A stretch of 64,000 nucleotides of DNA from Moniliella sp. 'wahieum' (lineage: Eukaryota), in contig RSEE01000097.1 in the NCBI GenBank assembly GCA_003971905.1, positions 124,001 through 188,000 of the forward strand, given 5' to 3'. Under the pieces are notes generated by a model that saw only the letters and a program-made list of their open reading frames with translations, had not been told where the DNA came from and did no database searches. This document shows, one piece after another, positions 28,501 through 41,013 of this stretch; within the stretch, counting starts at the first letter, position 1, and each line of letters opens with the position of its first letter. Position numbers and translations under genes: made by a program.

Positions 28501-31500
28501 CCTCCGTCCCACTGGCCCCTCGGGCAACTCGGCTCGCGCCAACAGATCCCATCCTGCCATCCCACCCTCCTTGTTTGCCCTCCCACCCGCGACACCACGC
28601 AAGCTAGAGATCCGAGCGCCGGCGCCCGATCCTCAGCCGCAGCCGACTGCTCTTGGCTCAGCCACCGCGCCTGCCACCCCTGGGCCCGAGCCCAAAGCGG
28701 GTCAAACGAGTGCCCCTACTCCTGCTACTCCTGTTGCTCCTTCTGTCCCATCCGGCCTTGCCCGACTTTTGGCTGGGCGCGATGCCGGAGCAGAAAAGGA
28801 AGTGGCACACCCACCTCTCGATGCTGACGAGACGGCCGTGGCGTCTGATGAAGAAGATGGGTCGGAACAGGCACACCGAAGGCGCCGGAGTCAAGCGCCT
28901 TCGCATTCAAGCGAGCGGGCGGCCGCAGCAGCCAAACTGTCGCAGGTGGTGCGCACGGCGACCCAACGGCACGCCGCCACCTTATCTGCCACCTCTATTG
29001 GTTCCCGCACGGGGCTGCCCGCAACACCGCGGCGAGCTCGGCTGGCATCGGACCTGCCTTCGTCCATTGGTGCTCCCGATCCAATCGCTGCCGCTCTGGC
29101 TGCCGCACGGGCCGAAGCAGCCGAGGCAGAAGACATTGTCGACCAAATCGTCACCCGGCTCGATGCGAGCCTGGACAGCTGGGGGCAGCGCCTCCTTGCC
29201 CGGGTCGAAGCTGAGCGGTTGGCTTCGGCTTCGGCTTCGCTTCGCTCGCGCGTGGCCGGGCAACCAGTCCTCCACGTGCGCTACCCAGTCGGGCCAACGC
29301 ATTGGTCACCCCCACGCGCAGCACCTTGCGTGGCACGCCCCTTTCGCTCCCGGCCGCCCCGCGGCCTGGTGAGCCCAACCCGTTCCCCTCGCCCTCCCAT
29401 CTGGCTTGTTCCCACCCCCCCGCCTCGCTCTCGCTCTCTTCCCCTCGACCACCCCGCCCGAGGTGCTTTCGCGCGTCGAGCAGGGCGTGCGCACCACCTT
29501 CTCCAACTACCTCAAGCGCCTTCCTGGTCTGGGTGCCCCCGCGTCCGGTTCGGACGGCAACCACGATGCGCGTGCAGCGCTCCCTGCTCGCCCTCCTCAC
29601 GCGCCCGCCAGTCCCGACTCGCTCACCGACGCCCAGGGTCCCCGACTTTGATTATGTCGAGGAGACGCTGCGTGCCAAGGTGGTCGAGTTGGAAACGGAG
29701 GTGCTGGCCATTGTCAAACAAGGTATCACCCCGCTGTGCAGCAGCAGCAGCAGCAGCAGCACGTGCCAACCGACCCGTCGTCTGCTCCCGCTCCTGCTTC
29801 CGCTCCCGGTCCTGCTCCCGCACAGGTCACGGTGGCCATGTCGGCGGAGGAGATAGGTGCGTTGGCCGATACGCTGGACGAGCGGATGAGCAGCTCGTTC
29901 GAGGCGGCCCAGGCTGAACTGGTGCGCTTGCTGGGCCAGCCGTCGGAACCGGTGGTGCGTATCTTGCGCGAGACCGAGGCGGCGATCGAGGCGCATGCAG
30001 CTTCGTTCATGGCGACACAGCAGTCGGTCGAAACGCTGCTGCATACCTTGCCGGCCAAGTTTGATTTGGCGGCAGATACGCTGGCTGGGCTGGGCAAGGT
30101 GTAGCCGCGCAGGTACAAGCGAGTGTGGTCAGTGCGCTGCAGCCGCAGCTGGAGAACCTGCGTGCCGAGTCGGAGCAGATGGATGGTGAGGTAGTTGCAG
30201 CGCGGGTGCTTGCGGCATTGGTACCCCTGCTTGAAAGCAGACAAGACGAGATGCCCGATCGGATGGCCGAAGCGATCGCGGGCCAATTACGAGCCGAATT
30301 GCGCACCCAAATTCACCTCCAAATGCAAGCTCACCTCCACGACCAAGCGCACGAGGCCGAGGCAACGCGTACCGCCGCCTTGCGCCGCTTGGCCTTACCG
30401 CCTGCCTCACTCGGTGCGCCCAGCTCAATCAGCACCACCTTGTCCTCGCCCCCGCCGAGGCGCGATCGCGACCGCGACTCGGACAGTGGAGAAGCCGCTT
30501 CGACCACGGCGGCTACCACGGTGACAGATACCGGGTCGGTCGGTGCCGGTGCAGCGCATGAGGAGGACACCGACCGACCGCTCGCCACTCCTACTGACCA
30601 GACCGAAGGGCAGGACAAGGACGGATCGGGTCTGACGGCGGAAACGGTGGCAGAGCTGGCCACGGCGTTGGCGAATGAGCTACGGGCGTCGGGAGGGCTG
30701 AGTTTGGACCCGCTGCTGGAACGACTGGACCCGCTTGTGAGCACGCAAGAAAAGACATGGCAGTTGGGCAATGACTTGCTCGCCCACCAAGCCGAGTTGG
30801 CCGGCACGTTGCGTGCGCTTCCGGCGTCGTTGGGGGCCAAGACGGATGTGCTCCTGACTGCGACGAGGGAGACGCACCAGACCCAGCAGCTCATCCTGGA
30901 TCGTCTGATGCACGTGGCCGAGGCAGCGCAAGCAGCGCAAGTACGTATCTCGGAAGTGGAAGAAACTGCACGGAGTCGGACAGAGGCCATGGCCGAAGCG
31001 CAAAAGCGTCACGGTCAGATCGAGGTGGAGCTCAAAGCGGCCCAAGCCGAACTCGCTGCGACCAACAAGTACGTTGCTACGCTCAAGGAGGAAGTGGAGG
31101 ATTTGGAAAGTCGATTGGAATCGGCCCAGACGACAGCAACGACGGCAACGGAGCAACTACGGGATGCGCATTCGCGCTTGCGCGATGCGGTCGAAGCACG
31201 CCATGCTGCTGAGCGGGGCAACGATGATGTGCGTCGACGCATGGCCCAGGCTGAGGCGGAGGTGGCGCGTGCCCAGTCAGCCAGCTCGTTGGCGAGTACG
31301 CGTGCGGACGAGGCGCGTGCGGCGCTGGATCGGGAACGGGAAGATCGGGCGGTGGAACGGACGCGGATGCAGGCCGAGGTGAGCGACTGGCGTACGCGCG
31401 CAGCTCGTGCCACCGAAGAAGCCGAGCAAGCTCACACCCTCTCGACTCGTTGGTCAACGATGCCCAGACGACCCGTACCAACGCTGCTTCCGACGTGGCT

Positions 31501-32299
31501 CGTGCCCAAGCCCAAGCAGCCAAGGCCGAGGGTGCGTTGGGCGTGGCGCAAGAACGTGTCACCGAGTTGACCCTCCAAAACCAAGATCTGATCCAGCTTT
31601 GGCAACCCAAAAGCACGCCGCTGCTTCGGCCCAGCAACGTTCGGCCGAGACGAACGTCGGATGCAAGGCGCCCTGACGCGGTCTAACGACTTGTCGGCCC
31701 AGGTGGACGAGTTGAACAAGGAACTGACCACGAGTCGTGCAAATGAGAAGGTACGTGATCGTCTGCTCTGCCACTGCTACCTTTTGCGTCTGCCCCAATA
31801 CTAAACTACATTGAACTGAACTGAACTAACCTGACACTTATCATCGACCAGAACCTGCGCGACGAAGTGGGCCAGCTCACCACCCAATTCGCCGCTGTCG
31901 AGACGGAGGTGGCGTCAATGAAGGAGACGTTGGTCAGCAAGGACGTACGACGATGCCTGCCGCGAAACCGAGCTGGCGCGGCGCGAGACGGACACGCTAC
32001 GTACCGAGCGGGACGAGTTGCGTAGGCAACTGGATGCCCTGCGCGCCGACTTGGCTCGCACCACCACTTTGGCCTCGACCTCCACCTCGGCACTCAAGGG
32101 AACCCAGCAAACGTTTACGTCTCCGCGCGCTGTTCTGCACGAGGTGCAGGATGAGAACCTCGCTCCGGCCCAGAAGGAACAACTGGACCAGCCCAAACTC
32201 TCCTTTGCACCCTTTGTTCCGGGCCGCGAACGTGCTCAGCCGTACGACTGGTCCACCGACCTTGTCGTGCAAGAAGATGACGATGGCTGGTGGAGCTGA
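25598..32299 (+). CDS. Very large hypothetical protein: Pro/Ser/Ala-rich N-half, long coiled-coil C-half, ends ...VQEDDDGWWS; intron 31751-31851; many frameshifts
   Basis: Chain of overlapping + ORFs (25598, 27212, 28166, 29736, 30125, 31450, 32018) with consistent codon use. Heptad-rich 30900-32050. Duplicated YTP(L/F)xLxGHNSTPSVALDP motif. GTACGT..CTGAC..CAG intron. Confidence 0.6.
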
Positions 32300-32370
32300 G
32301 CCCCGAACCCCGGACCTTGGCCTGAACTCCAAGCGCCAATCCCCTCCCTCAATACCTTCTCCAACAGCTT

Positions 32371-32432
32371 CAACCCTCAACCCTCAAACCCTCAACCCTC
32401 AAAACTCAATTCTCAACTCTCAACTCTCAACC
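32371..32432. repeat. Degenerate heptamer repeat (CAACCCT/CAACTCT)n in 3' flank
   Basis: Read directly. Confidence 0.7.
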
Positions 32433-32636
32433 ACCAACCATCTCATTCACAACCTTTTTAGTTCACCCACTATACGTTGATCCTGCCTTTACCCCCTCTC
32501 CTCTTTCTCCTGGCTACTCCTCTCCGTCTTCACCAATTTTGACCTCTGTACCCGTTGCGCCTACCCCAAGAACCCATTGGACCAGCCCGGCTTTTGCCCC
32601 CCCCCCCCCCCCCCAGGGCGAGCTGAGAGCTAAGAG

Positions 32637-33194
32637 CTCAGGCTGAGCCGCGAGCTACTGGCTGGCTTCCATGGTTTCTTCCCCCTGCGCCTATCCGTCC
32701 TGTTCTCCCGAATCTCCGATGCTATGTGTCCTGTTTCTCCCAAACTCCCAAAAGGAACTTTTGTCCAAAAATAAAGAAAGAAAAAAAACAAATGAGAATA
32801 GGGGTATGTATAGGAGGGGGAGGTTGTGGATCTGGTAAGTGGGGGAGCCTAATTTAGTTGGTAGGATGTAACCCTCCCAGCGGGACGGGAGTGAAAAAAA
32901 TAGTGCCTTCTGGTAAAAGCATCAAGATCAATGTTATCAACCGTTGCGGTCTCCAGTGCGGCGCATGAAGAACGTGAGAAACGTAAATGGCGAAGGAAAC
33001 GGGGAACGGGGGAAACGTGCCGCTGGCGCTCAGTGTTTGCGCCAAAAGGGTAAAACAAAACGTATGCCATGCAGAATCGGCATGAAAAATATGCAGCAAG
33101 AAAAGGGTAGATATAGTTTGGAGAAAGAGATCAAGTTGAGGATGATCGCAACCACGAGAAAGAACACGTCTCAGCTCTCGGCTCTCAGCCTGAG
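32637..33194. mobile_element. Possible MITE-like non-coding element with ~20 bp imperfect terminal inverted repeats
   Basis: Left CTCAGGCTGAG-CCGCGAGCT vs reverse complement of right end CTCAGGCTGAGAGCCGAGAGCT. A-rich, non-coding interior. C18 tract (32597-32614) just left. Confidence 0.35.
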
Positions 33195-33411
33195 AATTTG
33201 AGAGGGTAAAAAAAGGGCACGATGGAAATAGAGGCCATAAAACAAGGGTGGGAAAGGTATAGAATCGCCCGCCGCGCGGGGATCACGAGCTGAAGGCACA
33301 CTGTGGTGCGGACGAGGGGTATGCACAAACGCGGAGGAGGAGTATATACTCGGTATAGACGGAAGGGAGAAATGGTACGAGAGGGGTAAAAGGCGAGTGT
33401 TGGAATCGATA

Positions 33412-35945
33412 TTACTCTTGCATCTCGGGCACCTGATCCAGTTCGGAAGGTTGGCCCATATCAGAAGATGTCAGTGCCGTCAGTTGTTCGACCAAGGCCA
33501 TGGTGAACACTTCTTCAGTCAACGGGCTGCCTCGGGTCACACCATCCACAATCCGCACGTTTGCGTTGATGAGGGCGAGAGATTTGGGGGTACAAATGGT
33601 ATCGTGGCGGGCCTGGATCAGTGTGAGTGGGATGTGCACTCCTGCCATCGAAACAGAGGGAAGGTGGGCTAGGATCGAGGAAGAATTGGAAGCGGAAGCC
33701 AAGGTTTCCTGTAGGTGTAACAGGATGGGGTGTCAATACTCGGTGACGTCCTTGAATAAAGCGGGAAGATACGTACCTCGTCATTGGAAGTCAGGTTGGG
33801 CACGGAACGGCCTTGAGCACGCTGCCAAGCGTTCCAAGCATGGGCCAGAGCCAGCTTTCTTGGTCGAATTACGTCCGTGGTGGGGTGCGCCAAGTTGGAT
33901 GCGACAGATTGGAGGACCGATTCGTACTCGTTCACCGTGATTGTATCTTCTTCCTTAGCGGGGACGATATCAAGAGCGGCCCGGACCTGGCGCCACGCGT
34001 CGCTACAGCTGATGGAGGCTGCGGCCAAATCATGCGAGGTCGGATGACCAAAATCAACATCATGGGCCACCAGGGCTTTGGCAATTTTCGGGAAGGCAAG
34101 TGCGTACGTCCATGCGGGAACGACCCCTGTGCCCCTTGCGACGAGAATGCTCCAGTTGGGAATGGAGAGCCTTGAACGTAGCGCCTCCAGTTGGGTAGGA
34201 GTAGGAATGGCGTCGTTCGCCACAGAATGGGGGATGGTGACGAGGACAACTTGCTGATGCATTGTGTCGAGGACGGATCGCACGAAACTAGGTACCATTT
34301 CCGAGTCCGTCGCAGACTCAACCATGTCGGGGAGGTACAATAGGGTTGGGTCAGGGTATTGGCTTGGCCAAAAATGGAATAGTGCATCGCTTTCCCCCCG
34401 ACAAAGTGATCTCCCCAGACTCAAGCTCCCCACTCCGACCCCACTGGAACAAGGAAAATTGGGGGACAATCTTTTTGTGGGACTTGATTATCGCAGAAGA
34501 AGCCTCCACTCCATCCCGAGCCAAGTCTGCATCAAGGTCGGTTGATCCCCGGGGCGATCCGAGAAGAGAATGAGACGGCGAGGTGGGCGAGCGGAGGATG
34601 GAGGCCGAGCGAGCATCGGTGGAAGCCATACTGTTCAAGCGAGCGCGCCGCTTGCCCTCCCGCGACGCGACTGCCGATACAGACGTGGTTGCTGCGTGGG
34701 GGTCTGTCGGAAGGGCAAACTCGCCTCCAATGTCGCCCATTTGCAAGCCTACCATGGGTGCAGAAGAGATCAGTTCGGCACTCACTACGGGGCGGGCCAA
34801 ACTCGGAGCCCCCAATAACGAGTGTCGCGGCGTATGACTGCGTCCAGAGGCAGTAGACCACACGCGCATCCGGCGGTGCGTTGAGACACTCATCGCAACA
34901 CCCGGCGAGTCGAGAGGAGACGAAATCGAGGGCGACGACTCCAACGTACCCATCAAAGACAATTGTAGTCCTACTCCTTTGCCGCCCTGGGTACTGGCCG
35001 GGGCAGCCGGTGGAGTCTTCGGGTCAGTGACCGGCTGTGCCCCCCAGTTTCAAGCATGGAGGTTGACAAGTCTACTTTTTTGGAGGGGAACAGGACGCCA
35101 CCACCAGAAGCGAGCCCGGCGGTAACCACAGCTGTATGGGTAGTGGGATCCTTCGTCCCGGCCGCTTGAATTGGTTCAGTCGATTGGGATTGATCAATCA
35201 CGACCGGATCCGATCCGGTTTTGACGGTTTCAGCAGGGTTGAAAGGTGGCGGAAAGTGGAGAGAAGCAAGTGCGGTAGGTGCAGGCTTCGGAGATTGCTG
35301 GGTAGGAGATATAGTGGCTGCTGTAGTATGCGAACGTGGACGAGACGGAGACGAGTCCTCAGGAGCGGGCCTAGACTGCGACACAGATGCCCCCGTGGCG
35401 GGACTCTTGGGAGGCGAGATTTGGAACGACGCAGGCCGATCTGTGTGCAAATGCATACTAGCTGATCGCACGGCCGCGCTCATGGCGAGGGACATGCGTC
35501 TGGTGCGGGTACGCACCCGACTGACTGGAGACGCGGGCTTCTCAGTGGCAAGCGAGGTTGGAGGCGCATCTCCTGAACCTGCCTCTTGAACAGGAAACAG
35601 AACAGTTGCGTGCGCAGGCGCCCTCGAGCTGGCGGCTTTCTCGTCCATCATCTCCGTCTCACGGCGAGGCGAAGCGCCCAGAGCGCTAGCGAGGCTCATG
35701 GTGCGCAAATGGGAAGGGCGGGTGACATTGGAGTGGATGTAGATGCGCGAGCGGAGTCGTCCAAAGCTTGTGCTCGTCAAGGACGGTGCTGGGGCGACAG
35801 AGGGATTGAGCAGGGACGCGTTCTCATCCCCTGTTGCCCCCCCCAACGACGGGAAGGGATGCAGGGGGGGCTTCATCGGCCCGGACGTTTGACTGGCACG
35901 CGACAAGGTGCGCCGTCGAATGGCTTCGGGAAAGGATGTCATCAT
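33412..35945 (-). CDS. Hypothetical protein (Ser/Pro-rich disordered N-terminus, globular C-terminus)
   Basis: Tiling minus-strand ORFs 34971-36008, 34351-34962, 33669-34469, 33412-33702. No family recognised. Confidence 0.55.
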
Positions 35946-37089
35946 GGGGAGGGAGATGGGGAAGAAGGGAAATAGAGGTGGTGGTGGTCGGGCGTCGAGC
36001 AAATGCAAGGCCCTAGAGCAGAAGAATCCAGAGACGTCTCGTTGTGGCGCACAAAAACCTTGCCCACAGCAGGATTTAATATCGACGCTGGCGCTGGGCC
36101 GAGCAAAAGCCTACATAGCACCCCCTGTAGGACGCCCCCCGTCCTCTGCTCTGCTGCCCTCCCCGACCGGTCAACTCGATCAACCTGATCAACGCGCGCA
36201 TCTCAGTCATCACATCATCCGTCGCCGTCTTATCCACCACCGATCCTCTCGGTTTCGCAAAACCTTCAGTTGGTGTGATGTGGGGGTGATAGCTTGCCTA
36301 GGCTGGTGCTACGGCTCAGGGGCACTAGACCAGTTCATATGCCAGAGAATCGACGTGCTGCGCGTGCGCCCGCCTTTCCTGTCCTCCTTTCTGCAGGGCG
36401 TCTTTGTTGTCTCTCCACATCACCGCGCCCCTCTTCGCTTCACTCGTAGCCGCGTCCCCCCTCTCTGTAACTGATAGACTGGCCACCTCCCCTGTAGACT
36501 GCTCGTCGGAGAGTGCCATATTCTACGGCTCAACAACTTCTGCCCAAGAAGGGATAGATACACCAAAGCAAAAAACCCGAAAACATTTGATTGTTGCCAG
36601 GTTGCATCACCATCGCCACTGTCGGCACTACCGCCCCGCCTCCACTCCCATGATTATGCTACTACGCTAAGTCCGCATCCGCACAACGCACACGCCCCTG
36701 GCGTGATTTTAACCGTGGGATAAATACAGCAATGTGCTACACAGAAGAGCCAAAGAGTGTGAGTTGTGGAGATGCCCGAGAAGTCCTTCTCTCTTATTCC
36801 TTTTCTAATCTACTACTGATACCCACTTTGTGGAGGTACAGGGTCATAACCTTCGAGATCTCTCAATAAAGTTGCTTTTACATCCAACTTTCACACTGAC
36901 TGAGCGCCATCGCGGCCCTTTGCCAACCAAAAAGAGAAGCAGGAGGTTCTTCCCCAACGTCTCAGCAAACAAGAATGCCACAGGGATCGAGCCACCCTCG
37001 CGCGTCGAATCAAGCTCAGGGAGTCAGACACGTTTATCTTCCACATACGAAAAGAGACCTGGATGAAAATCCGATGGGAGGTGTCATCT

Positions 37090-37188
37090 GTTCCATTAGC
37101 TCAGTTGGCTAGAGCGTCCGACTGTTACACAGACGGCCTTTGCCCCTTTGGCATCGGGAGGTCGTTGGTTCGAGCCCAACATGGAACG
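37090..37188 (+). tRNA. tRNA-Asn(GTT) with 25-nt intron (37128-37152)
   Basis: Acceptor GTTCCAT/ATGGAAC, A-box TAGCTCAGTTGG, anticodon arm TCCGA-CTGTTA^A-TCGGG, B-box GGTTCGAGCCC, downstream T-run. Confidence 0.95.
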
Positions 37189-37195
37189 AATTTTT

Positions 37196-37440
37196 TGTTG
37201 CTTTTGCCGATGAGACCTAGTTTGATGGTCCTCGAAGGTGATGCAATCCACTGATGGTGGCGGTATGGTAACCAGCAATGCCCATAGAGGAACATCAAGC
37301 AGCGAGTCGCCATCAGGGGCTAGGCTGCAGGACAAAAGGAGAGAAAAACAGGATATAGGGAAAAAAACAGCGGAACTCTTCCTAGGCCTGAGGAGGAATT
37401 GACGGGACATTGGCCAAAGCACGAGCCACTCAGCTCAACA
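37196..37440 (-). repeat. 3' LTR (245 bp)
   Basis: Aligns with 44387-44629 (about 90% in alignable cores by hand count, plus indels). TGTTG...CAACA termini. Confidence 0.85.
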
Positions 37441-37554
37441 CCCCCCGGGCCAAGGGACCAAAGCAGACCCGTAGGCCACAGGATGTTAAGAAAGAAACGA
37501 AAAGTGAAGAAAGAGGTGCCAAATCGAATTCTGTTGAGAGGTGTTGAAAAGGAG

Positions 37555-38460
37555 AGTTTGGGAAACCAACAGGTTTGGTGACCCAATCAGAGAGATGATC
37601 CACGCCAGGGGCATATGATGAACGACAAGTGTTAAAAACGAAGACAGGGTCTAAAGAGAGAAGGAGAGGGGGACGAAGGTGATGGATCTATTCCAAGGAG
37701 GAGCCCGTTAGGGGCAGAACATAGTAGGGGAGAGCCGGATAGAACGCGCGATTTGTGAGGCGTGATCAGCTGCATGCATGATGGCGCTGAAGACGACAGG
37801 AGAGGGGGGGGCGACTTGTGGGGCATGACCCACACACCGGCTACTGAGAGAGAGGAGGGAGCTGTGTCGGTATCAGACTCACTTGATATATTATGCTCCC
37901 CTCTTCTCGATCCGTGTGATTCACTCGCATGTTCTCTTCTGCTCCGAGGCATATATATACCTCGCCCTCTGTCCACACTCGATGAATGTGATCCTCATCC
38001 TTTCCCCCATTCATCCGCCTCCTAGGTGCCCGTTGAGGAGGCGCAGAGATGGAGAGGTGTTGGGACAGGCACTTGTGAAAAAGAGGGGATATGGGCCGGA
38101 TATTATAACCCTGGTTCCTTAAATGGGTTGGCGATACCAAGCAGCATACGCAAGATGAACGGGTCGGTTTAGGCATAGCGTTTCCTTGTCCAAGCCTTAT
38201 TAAGCTGTCAATGATATGGATGAATATACGGCAGAGAGTGTATTAGTGCCGCCACCCCCACGAAGTCGATGGCAACTAGCTTTGCAACTTTCGAGGAAGG
38301 AATAGTCCAGCTTGGGTGAGTGCTCTCCGACGGCAGCAATCTAACCCCATATAAATCCGCGTTTGTGTGTCGGCTGGCCGGCAAGCATCTCCAAGTAATA
38401 AAATCGGTTGGTTGGCCTGCACTTTTTACATCAGCTGCCCGTGACACGTTCCCAGCCACC
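37555..38460 (-). pseudogene. Eroded copia reverse transcriptase-RNase H remnant
   Basis: DLYGVR (~SLYGLK), IRPISPLFHKCLSQHLS (~TRPDIxxAVxxLSQ), GGKDED..TEGEVYICLG (~WGGD..STSGYVF), HGSRR..ISSESD (~WxSxxQ..SSTEAE), YAPGVDHLSDWVTKP (~YxPTxDxxADxxTKP). Confidence 0.6.
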
Positions 38461-38535
38461 CGCAGCCAGAGTATCGGTGATATTATTTACCCTCTCCAGC
38501 GTGGAAGGGTTCCAGCGTGGAACGGTAGCGACGGT

Positions 38536-38667
38536 GGAACGGTGGCTAAGGTGGCGAAGGGGACCGGTGGCTAAGGTGGCGATGGTGGGCGGGGGAACGG
38601 TGGCTAAGGTGGCGACGGGGGAACGGTGGCTAAGGTGGCGAAGGGGGAACGGTGGCTACGGTGGCGA
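38536..38667. repeat. G-rich minisatellite, 5 copies of core CGGTGGCTAAGGTGGCGA (~26-bp period)
   Basis: Cores at 38540, 38565, 38598, 38624, 38650. Confidence 0.9.
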
Positions 38668-38832
38668 CGCAGCAGACCGGGCCGTAGGCCCGGTGGTCTC
38701 CTCGTATAGATATAGACAAAAGGCATATAGATAACTGTGTGCGAGTCAGCACCAGCTCGGCTCAAAAGACGCAACCGCTCCTGTGACTGCAACACCGTTT
38801 GATCCCTGTAACCCCCGCCCCCGGTTCCTCCG

Positions 38833-38839
38833 TATATAA
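38833..38839 (+). promoter_or_regulatory. TATA-like box (TATATAA) upstream of the F-box gene
   Basis: About 60 bp before ATG 38901, followed by a CT-rich leader. Confidence 0.45.
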
Positions 38840-38900
38840 CCCTACTCCTATCATCCTCTCCTCAGCTTCTTGTGCTCACACCACCACCACCACATCGCCA

Positions 38901-40888
38901 ATGGAAGCGCACGCCTCCCATACCCGTTCCCCTGCCGCCCGCCGTCCGGCTCGTCTGGCCCAATTCCGCCCCCGACACTTCTTGCAGCCAACAGCCCCCA
39001 ACCCTGCCACCAGCCGCTTTACCGCCCCCTTCCTGCCCTGGGAATGGGCCCGTCTGCCGCATGAAGTTCTGCTGCAGATCATGGAAACGGCTGCCGCCAT
39101 CAGCAGCGATCTGTTGTTCCCTTGCCTCCTCGTGTGCCGGACGTGGAGTGCGGCCGCAGTCATCCCGCTCTGGCATTCTCCCTCGTTTCCCCATCCGGCT
39201 ACCTTGGACCGCTTCACGTCCATCTTGGCCCAGGCCCAGACCCATTCCACTTTTTACCCATACTCCATCTTGGTTCGCAACCTCGACCTTTCCGTCCTGC
39301 CCGATGACTTCCCGCCGCTCCGAACCGTGCACGTGGATAGCTTTAAATTGTGCACACGCATGCAAACGCTGGTACTCAGCGACCGCGGGTGCGACTTGTT
39401 GACGGATGTCCAAGTCGCGGCTCTGATCCGAGCCTACCCTCGCCTCTGCCATGTGGGTCTCTTATGCATGAACAATGTCGGCCCATCGACGATGGAGGCC
39501 TTGACGTTGGCCCGTGACTTGCAACATCTTGAGCTGAAGGACTGTACGTTCGTTACGAGCACCATGGTGGAGCAAGTGCTACTCAAGCGTCCCCTACTGA
39601 AAGAGGTCCACCTGGGCGGCACCCACAACATAATAGGCGACCGGGGGATTGGTGCCTTGGCCCGTCTCTGTCTTCACCTCGAGCACGTCGAGCTAGACAG
39701 CCTTATCTACATTACCGACCAGGCAGTGCGAGCGCTGTGGACGCACGCAGAATTCGTACGCACGCTGCGCATGTGGAATTGCCCTACATTGTCCTCATAT
39801 GCGTTCCCCAACCGCGGCGACGTCCCCCTTCCATCAACAGGCGCAGCATGGCTCCTGCCACCCACCCGCGATTCACAGGGTTCGGGTCGGCCCTTTCTCC
39901 AAGATAGCAGCTTACCGCCTCCGCACGACCCATCCCGGTCGGACGACGACCGAGCCTCCCCCGAGACAGTCGACCTACATCCTTCGTCAGCTCTTCGCCG
40001 CACCAAATTGTACCAACCGCTCCTGATGGGCAAGTGCTTGACCACGGTTTCCTTGATGGGCTGTAGCCAACTCACCGACCCAGCGATTCAGGGACTCGTT
40101 GCCGCAGCACCCATTTGCAAGACGTAACGTTGGGCATGTGTCCGCAGTTGGGCGATGGAGCGCTGGACGCCTTGGGCCAGTTGGGCACAGGCTTGCAGTT
40201 TGTCCTGTTGGCGTATTTGAGCCACATTACGGATGCGGGAGTGGTGCGGCTGACGCAACAGTGCACGGGCCTGAAGAGGGTAACTTTGACAGAATGTCCG
40301 CTGAGTGATCGGTCGGTGTTGAACCTGATGGTTCGCCTCCGCCAGCTGCGCGGGATTGCGCTGCACCGCATGCGGGGGTTGAGCACGATGAGTGTGTATG
40401 CGCTGGCGCTTTGTCAGTCACTGCAAGCGGTGCTTCTAGGCGGGTGGCAGCCGGCGTTCACTCCGTCGCCTATCTTTCATCTCCTGATTACGCTCCCGCA
40501 CTTGCATAGCCTTAAGCTCAAAGTCAATCCTGTGAATCAAAAGAACGATTCGCAGCAATCTTTCCAGCCCAATCCAGCCGACTCGCTTGGTCCGGCGTGG
40601 TGGGACCCAGCCAGCTCGCTCGGTCCCGCGTGGTGGGACCCAGCCGGTTCGCTTGGTCCTGAGTGGTGGGACCCATCCATCTCGAGCTACGTTCGCCGTC
40701 AGGGCATAGTTGCGCTTAAAGAGTACATGATCAATTGTCTTTACCGCCCTGGCACTGTCCAGGCTGTCCTGTCGCTCCCGCTATACGACAGGGATGACTT
40801 TCTGGCCCAAGCCCTGCCCCCTCTCCGCCCCCCTATCATTACCAAACATAGAAGCACGTTCACCCTTCCCGACCCTATAAACTTTTAG
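38901..40888 (+). CDS. F-box/leucine-rich-repeat protein, divergent Grr1-like SCF adaptor (one frameshift ~40115; may extend to 41106 via a second)
   Basis: F-box ARLPHEVLLQIM...CLLVCRTW...LWHSP, then YPYSILVRNLDL and Cys-containing LRRs (LCTRMQTLVL..CDLLTD, LELKDCTFVT, SLMGCSQLTD, LAYLSHITDAGVVRLTQQC). No introns seen. Confidence 0.88.
40574..40672 (+). repeat. 3 x 33-bp coding tandem repeat (PAxSLGPxWWD)
   Basis: PADSLGPAWWD/PASSLGPAWWD/PAGSLGPEWWD. Confidence 0.92.
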
Positions 40889-40947
40889 TGCCGCCAGCGG
40901 ACTCGCGCCAATGGCGGCAACAACACCATCACCACCAAAAACATGAA

Positions 40948-41013
40948 CAACCACAACCACAACCACAACCACAACCACAACCACAACCACAACCACAACC
41001 ACAACAACAACAA
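40948..41013. repeat. (CAACCA)9(CAA)4 microsatellite; poly-PQ if translated
   Basis: Read directly. Confidence 0.9.

Noticed and set aside
32371..32432. Interstitial telomere
   Set aside because: Units are CCCTCAA/CTCTCAA rather than CCCTAA; short and degenerate
36404..36670. Secreted effector-like peptide (…LFASLVAASPL…)
   Set aside because: No ATG start and no supporting features
38536..38667. Repeat array as a CRISPR-like locus
   Set aside because: Eukaryotic context, inter-core gaps only ~7-15 nt and similar to each other, no cas genes; it is a minisatellite
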